Positions 25,322-32,000 of a stretch of 32,000 nucleotides of DNA are shown piece by piece. Positions within the stretch are counted from its first letter, which is position 1. Every line of letters begins with the position of its first letter. The stretch is from Promethearchaeota archaeon (GTDB lineage Archaea > Asgardarchaeota > Hermodarchaeia > Hermodarchaeales > Hermodarchaeaceae): assembly GCA_048938295.1 (NCBI GenBank), contig JBHLMI010000024.1:11725-43724 (forward strand), written 5' to 3'. Under the pieces are notes generated by a model that saw only the letters and a list, made by a program, of their open reading frames with translations, searched no databases and was not told the origin of the DNA. The translations under genes and the position numbers were made by a program.

Positions 25322-26257
25322 CTAAGAAGATTGCTTTTTAAGGAAACGATAAGCCTGAATTCCAGCCATGGCACCTTCACCAGCTGCGGTGATGACCTGC
25401 ATTCCACCACAAGTTACATCCCCAGCGGCATAAACACCTTCGAGATTAGTGATTTGCTGGCGCGTTACTTTAATGCAGCCACGCTTATCAACCTCCACAC
25501 CAGCTTTTTTCACAAGTGCCGTTAGCGGAGCTCCACCTATTGAAACAAACACTCCATCAACTTGTAATGTATGCTCAGTGTCATCTTCGAACTGCCGATA
25601 GCTAATGTTGGTAACTACTTGGTCTCCAGAGATGCGTAATAGTTGCCCGAAAATAAGGTCTACGTTCGCTTTCGCTTTTATTTCATCAATTAGTTTCTGT
25701 TCGGCCTCGATTTCAGATGTATGCGTAACCAAGGTAACTTTGTCTGCAAAGCCGGACATGAAGAAAGCATCTTCGATGGCTTCACTTCCAGAGCCAATAA
25801 TTGCAACCTTTAATCCGCGATAAAGGGGGCCATCGCATACTGGACAATACGAGACGCCCAGTCCAACATATTCGGTTTCACCCGGAATGCGCAGCTTCTT
25901 GTTATATGTCCCTGTTGCAATGATGACAGCATAACCCCCATACGTGCCCTCACGGGTCACAACCTGCTTTACATCCTTTTCAAGCTCAAGGTCTACAACC
26001 TCAGTGGCATACTTGAGGTCAGTTCCATATTTCTCCGCTTGTTTGACCATCAAGTCAATGAGTTGGGCTCCTGTTATTCCTTCAGGAAATCCAGGATAAT
26101 TCCAGACTTGAGGTGCAGTAGCTGCGCGCCCCCCAAACATTTTGCCCTCTAAAAGTAGTGTCTTTTTTCCCATTCGTGCAGTATAGATCGCAGCGGCTAG
26201 TCCAGCAGGTCCGCCACCAATTATGATGATATCATACTTCATTTTCTTAGCCTCCAT
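25322..26257 (-). CDS. trxB: Thioredoxin-disulfide reductase
   Basis: GGGPAGLAAAIY, NYPGF, redox CxxC in GVSYCPVCDG, GSGSEAIEDA, GVYAAGDVT. Confidence 0.93.
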   Translation of the reverse strand: MEAKKMKYDIIIIGGGPAGLAAAIYTARMGKKTLLLEGKMFGGRAATAPQVWNYPGFPEGITGAQLIDLMVKQAEKYGTDLKYATEVVDLELEKDVKQVVTREGTYGGYAVIIATGTYNKKLRIPGETEYVGLGVSYCPVCDGPLYRGLKVAIIGSGSEAIEDAFFMSGFADKVTLVTHTSEIEAEQKLIDEIKAKANVDLIFGQLLRISGDQVVTNISYRQFEDDTEHTLQVDGVFVSIGGAPLTALVKKAGVEVDKRGCIKVTRQQITNLEGVYAAGDVTCGGMQVITAAGEGAMAGIQAYRFLKKQSS

Positions 26258-26291
26258 ACCAACTCCATTGGATTAGAACCTGTTTTTATTT

Positions 26292-27491
26292 TCACTTCTT
26301 TTGCGAGGGGAACCAAATAGGTTTAGTTTTGGAGGCCCAAATGAGAATAGCACAAACCCAGGTAGTAGGTGTGACACCCACAAGATTATGTTTATAGAAT
26401 AAGAATCCGAGAAGTCGAGTAAAATCGACCTTCATCAGGTAGACATTGTATTCGTTCCACAGGCTCATAGTAAAATAGACAATTCGACCATTGTCTTCGA
26501 CCAGATTGGGATCGATATTTGGAGCATAGAACCCAAGGTATTCCGGTCTGGATAAGATGGTGAATGGCGTACTCCAAGGTCCCCAAGGTGATTGGGCGAT
26601 ACGTACATAGATTTTCTTCGCCACATCATCAAGGTTCATGAGGATATACTTGGCCAGGTAGGTGTTCCACATTACCGTGATTTCTCCAGTAGGTGCATCG
26701 ATAATAGGTTCAGCTTCAGAATCGTATGCTGACCAAAGGGGTATATCAGTTACAGAGAATCCAGTGAAATATTGGTAACTACTTTGGTTAAGAATCTGCG
26801 TTTCAAGAACCCGAACTAAATAACAAGAATCAAACCGTCCACTCCCCGTAGTGAGGAAGTATAGATAACCGCCCGTCGATGGAGCTCCAGACCCTCCCTT
26901 GACGATTCCCCATTCGATGAAATGAGAATTACCCGGCCAGGACATGTTCAGGGCTTCGATGAAAGTATGACCGTCCAAAGAATACGCAATGCTAGCATTA
27001 TTACAGGTCCAACTTCCTCCATCCCCCCAACTAATCACAGACATAAAGTACACATACAGGTAGTCACCTACCACTACAGCAGTTGTTGGAATAGCTGTCA
27101 TTTCAATTTCATCGATTTTCGCGCTATGAATCAGCTCTTTTGCAAGATGGGTTGCCGAGTCAGTTATCCATCCACTAAGTGTAATTCCATCGGATGGGTC
27201 TGGATCAGTGGTGTAAGCCATCGTGTTGGATCGCCAGTCCCCCTTGTCGGGGCCAAAGGTGTCCCCGAAGATAAAATGAAGACAATCCTGAAAAGTGACC
27301 ATAAGGCCGATGTCTGCACCATAAACGTTGACGATGGTGGTATCATTAAGAGCATCCTCACCGGTAAGTTGACAGACCATTTCTTGGGGAAGTACAGACC
27401 AGCCTGGAAGGAAATATACCATAAAAGCACCGATCCCTAGAGTCACTAGAAGTAAGACTAAAACAATTAATCCAACATGACGTCGATTCAT
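26292..27491 (-). CDS. Membrane-anchored DUF4185 domain protein (GH183-like glycoside hydrolase candidate)
   Basis: N-terminal signal/anchor; GADIG...FIFGDTFG...WRSNTMA; GELS-like GEITVMWN; AQSPWGPWS; YAPNIDP; FTMSLWNEYNVYLM. Confidence 0.75.
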   Translation of the reverse strand: MNRRHVGLIVLVLLLVTLGIGAFMVYFLPGWSVLPQEMVCQLTGEDALNDTTIVNVYGADIGLMVTFQDCLHFIFGDTFGPDKGDWRSNTMAYTTDPDPSDGITLSGWITDSATHLAKELIHSAKIDEIEMTAIPTTAVVVGDYLYVYFMSVISWGDGGSWTCNNASIAYSLDGHTFIEALNMSWPGNSHFIEWGIVKGGSGAPSTGGYLYFLTTGSGRFDSCYLVRVLETQILNQSSYQYFTGFSVTDIPLWSAYDSEAEPIIDAPTGEITVMWNTYLAKYILMNLDDVAKKIYVRIAQSPWGPWSTPFTILSRPEYLGFYAPNIDPNLVEDNGRIVYFTMSLWNEYNVYLMKVDFTRLLGFLFYKHNLVGVTPTTWVCAILIWASKTKPIWFPSQKK

Positions 27492-27660
27492 TTTCTCAGG
27501 CTCCTGGAATGAACCCCTATTTGGTCAAGGCTATATTTTGGATTTACTATTCACGGCAACAAAAGAGGAGTCTACGTCATGAAACGACATGGGATGAACA
27601 AAGTGCCATTTGCTCTTTGTTTTTTAAGGAGAAAGGGTGGATAAGGGTCGAGGTTTTCTC

Positions 27661-28251
27661 ATGGCAGAATCACAAAAAGAATCAATTCCTGCTTGGATGC
27701 GTATTGTCGAAATCATCATCGGAATTCTTGCAATCATCTTTGGAATTCTCGTATTCATAGCACCTACTTACATCTCTTACCTTGTCTTCATTCTTGCAAT
27801 GTGCGCTGTTATCATCTTGCTCGGATTCGGACTCATATATCGGGCGTTGACCCAAAAAGAACGTACTGGAACCATGCGATTCCTATTCGTCTTTGGCGGG
27901 ATTATTCTTATCATCCTGGGAATCTATCTCTACGTTGACTATACCCTCTTCGCCGCGTTACTTCTAGTATGGATCTTTGGAATTGCCTTAGCTATTGATG
28001 GAATCCTGGCCATTACTTATGCATTCACTTCCTTACGCATCAAAAACTGGCAACACTGGACCCTAATCATCATTGGTATAATCGAAGCTATGCTTGGGCT
28101 CTTTGTGGTCGTAGTTCCCCTCTTCGGCGTCAATGTCTTCAACATACTTGCAGTAATTGCTCTCATCTTCGTTGGCATAGCCTACATTATTGCGGGAATA
28201 ATGGGTGAACGATTCGTACCCTCTCGTCCCTCAGCAATGGGTGAAGAATAG
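27661..28251 (+). CDS. HdeD/DUF308 family membrane protein
   Basis: Six TM segments as three repeated hairpins with IIIGILAIIFG-type motifs. Start placed at ATG 27661 behind GAGG (the track starts at 27637). Confidence 0.75.
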   Translation: MAESQKESIPAWMRIVEIIIGILAIIFGILVFIAPTYISYLVFILAMCAVIILLGFGLIYRALTQKERTGTMRFLFVFGGIILIILGIYLYVDYTLFAALLLVWIFGIALAIDGILAITYAFTSLRIKNWQHWTLIIIGIIEAMLGLFVVVVPLFGVNVFNILAVIALIFVGIAYIIAGIMGERFVPSRPSAMGEE

Positions 28252-28464
28252 CCAAATCGCATAAAAAAGATTTCAGTCTACTATTCAAGGCTTCCTTCGA
28301 TTCAACGAGGGATATGTGTGCAGCCTCTAGTTGCAGATAGAATTCAATGGATATGTACTCAGGACCAATAATGGAAACCGATGTTGGCTCATCCCAGATA
28401 TCGTGTAGTATATCCCTTCGATTTAAAAGTTGAAGCACTAAACACGCCCCCAAGGTGCTAAAAC

Positions 28465-29019
28465 ATGGAAATGCAAAAAACACCCATGTGGTATCGCATT
28501 CTCGAATTAATTCTTGGAATCCTAGCCATTGCGCTAGCAGTGTGGATGATTGCAAGCCCCTTCATTGTTACACTATTTTCTATTGTTCTTCTATTTGGAT
28601 TTGGATTACTCTTTCTTGGTATTCAATCCTTAATGAGAGGAATCTTTACTCGAGAGCTTCCTGGCTGGTCTAGAGCCCTCAACATCATCGCTGGAATACT
28701 AGCGATCATCCTTGCAGCTGTCCCTTTCACTGAACCAATCTTTGGCTTAGTAATGGTTCTTTGGTTCATGTCCTTTGGCTTACTCTTTTACGGTCTCTCA
28801 ATGCTAATGCTTGGCTTTGCTGCGGATGTCCCCGGCTGGTACAGGGCCTTATTGATTATTTTCGGATTCATCATGATGATCATCGCTTTTCAGGTCATCT
28901 GGTATCCCCTGTGGGGGGTACTTTTCCTGACCATCATGCTTCCGATTGGTCTTATCTTTGGTGGATTCCAATTGATCATTTCAGCAGCGATTGGAACCCG
29001 AATGGGCCAAGCCAGTTGA
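28465..29019 (+). CDS. HdeD/DUF308 family membrane protein (paralog)
   Basis: Same repeated hairpin pattern (WYRILELILGILAIAL; WSRALNIIAGILAIIL; WYRALLIIFG); AGGTG SD and upstream TTTAAAA. Confidence 0.75.
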   Translation: MEMQKTPMWYRILELILGILAIALAVWMIASPFIVTLFSIVLLFGFGLLFLGIQSLMRGIFTRELPGWSRALNIIAGILAIILAAVPFTEPIFGLVMVLWFMSFGLLFYGLSMLMLGFAADVPGWYRALLIIFGFIMMIIAFQVIWYPLWGVLFLTIMLPIGLIFGGFQLIISAAIGTRMGQAS

Positions 29020-29027
29020 AGCGAAAT

Positions 29028-29056
29028 AAGTGTAGAGAGTGTAATTCTCTACACTT
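29028..29056. terminator. Perfect 11-bp hairpin between convergent genes (possible bidirectional terminator)
   Basis: aagtgtagaga-gtgtaat-tctctacactt, followed by ccctgttttta. Confidence 0.55.
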
Positions 29057-29064
29057 CCCTGTTT

Positions 29065-29544
29065 TTATTCAACAAGCTGAGTCCATTTTGCAGCTAATTC
29101 ATCTCGTTTTGGTTTATAGACGGAATTGAAAAAGCCTGATTGTGATAGAAGTGTTTGTTTATCAAAGGTTTTGATATATGCCAAAGCCTCCTTCCAGGCT
29201 TCATCAAAAGCGTCTCCAAATCGGGCGGCAATTTGTCGGTTGAAAGTTTCTTCAGTTTGAATGTCACCGCCAATAGTGAAATATTGGGGTCCGGTAGTAT
29301 GGGGGGCTTTGAAGGCTACCTCACTCCCCAGATGATAAGCTTCTGGCGTTTCAGAAATTGGTTTTTCTTTTATTTCACTTCGTGTACGTTTCACAGGTTT
29401 ATGCCCTTTGAATCCCCGCTTAGCTGCGGCGTAAAAAATTGCCCGGTTCAATCCCCAACTCTTCGCTGATGGAATTTCTAATCCGAGAACATATGCGCGG
29501 GCCGCTTGAAGCACAGCCATGACTTGAAATCGGCCAACTACCAT
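29065..29544 (-). CDS. Hypothetical protein (soluble, basic)
   Basis: 159-aa ORF with a GGTGA SD. The N-terminus VGRFQVMAVLQAARAY...AKSWGLNRAIFYAAAKRG looks like a conserved uncharacterised archaeal family (from recollection, unverified). Confidence 0.7.
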   Translation of the reverse strand: MVVGRFQVMAVLQAARAYVLGLEIPSAKSWGLNRAIFYAAAKRGFKGHKPVKRTRSEIKEKPISETPEAYHLGSEVAFKAPHTTGPQYFTIGGDIQTEETFNRQIAARFGDAFDEAWKEALAYIKTFDKQTLLSQSGFFNSVYKPKRDELAAKWTQLVE

Positions 29545-29659
29545 ATGGTCACCTGATGGATACTAGTGTTAAGACCGCCCTTAGCTTTTCTGTTTTCAGT
29601 ATTACTTGAGATAAAATAAAGACTATTTAACCTTAGAAATTATGAATTGGTGAACCACT

Positions 29660-30010
29660 TTGACAAAATATCGTGCCCTCTTTCATCTTGATGAAGGAAG
29701 CGCTTTCCGGTTGAAACTAACCTTGGAGAACATACGAAATCTCATTCAGGATTTCGGTGAAGACAATGTTGAAGTTGAATGCGTGGTAAATGGTGCCGGT
29801 GTGAAGCTCTTTCAAACCTCGATAGCCATGGAGCACGAGCTCATTAATGTATTAATGGCTAAGGGGGTTCATTTCGCAATTTGTGAAAACTCGTTAGTAG
29901 CTAACCGAATACAAAAACTAGATATACTTGACGGGTTAGTTTTTGTGCCCTCAGGTGTAGTTGAGCTGGTAAAGAAACAGGCAGAGGGATGGGCTTATAT
30001 CAAACCCTAA
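29660..30010 (+). CDS. DsrE/DsrF-like family protein
   Basis: ALFHLDE, VECVVNGAGV, single Cys in AICENSL, VPSGVVELVKKQAEGWAYIKP; GGTGA SD before TTG. Confidence 0.85.
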   Translation: MTKYRALFHLDEGSAFRLKLTLENIRNLIQDFGEDNVEVECVVNGAGVKLFQTSIAMEHELINVLMAKGVHFAICENSLVANRIQKLDILDGLVFVPSGVVELVKKQAEGWAYIKP

Positions 30011-30041
30011 AATCCCTCTGAAGGATCTTACGAAAAGCCAT

Positions 30042-30218
30042 CTATTTTTTGAGCGCGAGCGGTTTTCCACAGCATTCGAAAGTACATGGTGCTTCACAGC
30101 CACATGCACCTTCAGGTGTTGCACATTCAGTGCATTCAGCGACGACTTTGAGTTCCAGACCGCAATCTCTACAAGTGAAGATTTGACCCTTTTTCATATC
30201 ATGACAGTGAATACTCAT
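30042..30218 (-). CDS. Small Cys-rich metal-binding protein (desulforedoxin-like frame with extra Cys), 58 aa
   Basis: Below the ORF-track cutoff. Manual translation: MSIHCHDMKKGQIFTCRDCGLELKVVAECTECATPEGACGCEAPCTFECCGKPLALKK*; GGTGA SD 8 nt upstream. Confidence 0.8.
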   Translation of the reverse strand: MSIHCHDMKKGQIFTCRDCGLELKVVAECTECATPEGACGCEAPCTFECCGKPLALKK

Positions 30219-30346
30219 GAGTTAGTTCACCAGGACTGATTGGTGAGAGGAATTCTCTGGTGATAATAGATAAATCTTTACTAGTTACTACACCACTACA
30301 TGACCTGAAAGTGTTTCACATCAATTGTATCTATATTCGTTCTATT

Positions 30347-31144
30347 CTATTGGGAATCAGATTTCAAGAGGGGAGTCAGTTGGACGAAGAACTGTCCCAA
30401 GAGATAGGTTATCGAGATGAACAGACTTGCAAAGAATAATGGGAAGTTGAACCGATTCCATACGAGAATAACATCTGAGATATAGAAGAGGGCAAATCCC
30501 AGCACAAGTGACGCTTTGAACAATAGTGGGTAGTTGTCGAAGAACTTAGTTATGGCGAACGCGAGAACGGATGCAAAGAGCAGGAAATAGATAAGACCCC
30601 CGATACTTAATTCGAGTAAGGCGGGATTGAACAGGAAAAGCATGAACAGCGCAACACACACGATGATGAAACCTAGCCAGATTATGAGATTCCGTAGATT
30701 CAGGCGAGAGGACGTCCTTCCTGATTCTGTTGCTGCAGAACTAGGATTGATTAATAGTGGTGACAGTTGACGGAGAGCAACCAAATAAAAGACCTGACCT
30801 AGGGCAAAGGCCAACACGCCAATGATGAACGTATCAATGAGAACTGGCAATACATCCGCGAGGAGGAAATCACCGAGAGTTCCAAGAATCATCGCTATTA
30901 GGAGCCAAAGGGTATATCGTTTCCATTGGGCAGGGTCATATCGCCGGGCGATGAGATAGTTGATAAGGGCAAATATTGACAAAAGAATCGAAACGCTCAG
31001 AAAGCCCCTCTGCAGCAAAAATAGATCCCCTATGCCAAGAACAACAAACAGGCCACGGAAGACCAAATAGGTGCTCATTACAATGAGGAGTACAATAAGG
31101 TAAATGACTCGAAGGAGATACCAACCTTTGAACTTGGTACTCAT
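30347..31144 (-). CDS. YhhN/TMEM86 (lysoplasmalogenase-like) family membrane protein
   Basis: LGTLGDFLLA, AFALGQVFYL, GFALFYISDVIL and TYLLGQ motifs; about 8 TM segments. Confidence 0.8.
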   Translation of the reverse strand: MSTKFKGWYLLRVIYLIVLLIVMSTYLVFRGLFVVLGIGDLFLLQRGFLSVSILLSIFALINYLIARRYDPAQWKRYTLWLLIAMILGTLGDFLLADVLPVLIDTFIIGVLAFALGQVFYLVALRQLSPLLINPSSAATESGRTSSRLNLRNLIIWLGFIIVCVALFMLFLFNPALLELSIGGLIYFLLFASVLAFAITKFFDNYPLLFKASLVLGFALFYISDVILVWNRFNFPLFFASLFISITYLLGQFFVQLTPLLKSDSQ

Positions 31145-31223
31145 ACATAATCACCTTAACAGAGAAGTTGAAAGCGTACTGAATCAGTGATTTTGCTTGT
31201 TAAGGTTTATGGAGAAGAAAAAA

Positions 31224-31433
31224 CTAAATGACGGCAGCCTTTTCAACAGTGACGATCCATTGCCCCTTATCATTGAATAGCTTCGCACCTTTGCGTAAAA
31301 GGCCTTGAAGGGGCTTCTGATGGCCACAATGTTTGCATACCTCCATGACGCCTTCAATTGGTCCGTCAGGTTCGTCCTTGAGTCGAGCATACATTGTCAC
31401 ATAGCTATGCCGTCCAAGCAGACATCTTGCCAT
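31224..31433 (-). CDS. Small hypothetical protein with possible C-x4-H...CxxC zinc site
   Basis: 69 aa; CLLGRH and CKHC; GAGG SD and an upstream TATA-like CTTAAAAA. Confidence 0.55.
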   Translation of the reverse strand: MARCLLGRHSYVTMYARLKDEPDGPIEGVMEVCKHCGHQKPLQGLLRKGAKLFNDKGQWIVTVEKAAVI

Positions 31434-31602
31434 TGGTTTACTCGCCTCTATGGAGAGCCTTAGCGGTCAGAGAGGAGGCTGGCTCTGACCACTGGGAGGG
31501 GGGGTAATTAGGGCAGTGTTTTTAAGTATATGAAAGATTGCCCCTTAACAATATATACGCTGTTAAAGCTTCTTATCAGTATCTCTTGCAGTCAAGGGGA
31601 AT

Positions 31603-32000
31603 TTATTCTTCTGCGTATAATTCATCGACGGCTTTTATCGCGGCCTCAATTTCCTTTGCCACTGCTTCAACTAGTAGGGGATTTTGTTCTCCCGTTTGTT
31701 CAGATTCATCAGCTTGTTCGCCCTTCTGATCTGAGTGGAGGTTCCCATCACAGGCTAGAATTGAGCCCGCTTGAAGCCCTCGTGTCTGGGCAAAGATGAA
31801 TAGAAGTGAGGATTCCATTTCTATGCACTGAACTCGTGCACGTGTCCACCGGTCCAATATCCCTCCTTCTCGTTGATCATAATAGATATCAGATGACCAA
31901 ACGATACCTGCGTGGATACGGTCAGGTGGAAGAAGCCCCCAAATGGCTGTTAGTAGAGCAGAGTAGATCTCTGGTGTGGCAACCGCAGGATATTGTATAG
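31603..32000 (-). CDS. Nucleoside (uridine/purine) phosphorylase, PNP_UDP_1 family; N-terminus outside window
   Basis: The frame stays open to the window end: (P)IQYPAVATPEIYSAL...HAGIVWSSDIYY...VQCIEMESSLLF...AGSILACDGN. Confidence 0.88.
   Translation of the reverse strand, partial: IQYPAVATPEIYSALLTAIWGLLPPDRIHAGIVWSSDIYYDQREGGILDRWTRARVQCIEMESSLLFIFAQTRGLQAGSILACDGNLHSDQKGEQADESEQTGEQNPLLVEAVAKEIEAAIKAVDELYAEE

Noticed and set aside
28187-28555. 122-aa minus-strand ORF spanning the gap between the HdeD paralogs
   Set aside because: It overlaps both flanking genes in antisense, with no SD and no motif.
19078-31482. Shared GAGGCTGG 8-mer at ~19079 and ~31475
   Set aside because: A single 8-mer recurrence in 32 kb is expected by chance, and the flanks do not match.
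1-32000. Mobile element, prophage, CRISPR array or rRNA
   Set aside because: No transposase, integrase or phage structural motifs, terminal inverted repeats, spacer arrays or rRNA-like segments were seen.

Overview
A gene-dense archaeal core-metabolism window. Evidence for an archaeal origin: GGTGA/GAGG Shine-Dalgarno motifs, TTTAA/TTATA TATA boxes, F420 biosynthesis, HdrA and archaeal-type Cdh. An Asgard or Bathyarchaeia-like anaerobe is plausible, but this is inference only. The window holds a Wood-Ljungdahl/electron-bifurcation neighbourhood: ppdK (partial), cofC, fwdD-, fwdF-, fwdG- and fwdB-like genes, an hdrA-mvhD fusion, cooC and cdhABCD (no cdhE, fwdA, fwdC or hdrBC here). It also has trxB, transporters, membrane proteins and a partial nucleoside phosphorylase. 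Main oddities: (1) the FwdB homologue keeps its [4Fe-4S] motif but has lost the residues aligning with the W/Mo-ligating Cys and the His/Arg/His CO2-pocket residues, which suggests a pseudo-enzyme or re-purposed Fwd-Hdr module; (2) a receptor-like protein with signal peptide, 7-blade beta-propeller, one TM helix, Zn ribbon and RING finger, next to a paralog lacking the RING; (3) an isolated tRNA 3' fragment; (4) an unannotated 58-aa, 10-Cys desulforedoxin/metallothionein-like protein; (5) a frameshifted Hsp20; (6) several hairpins that would sequester ribosome-binding sites. No CRISPR array, rRNA, intact tRNA, transposase or integrase was seen. All family calls come from motif recognition by eye, not from database searches.
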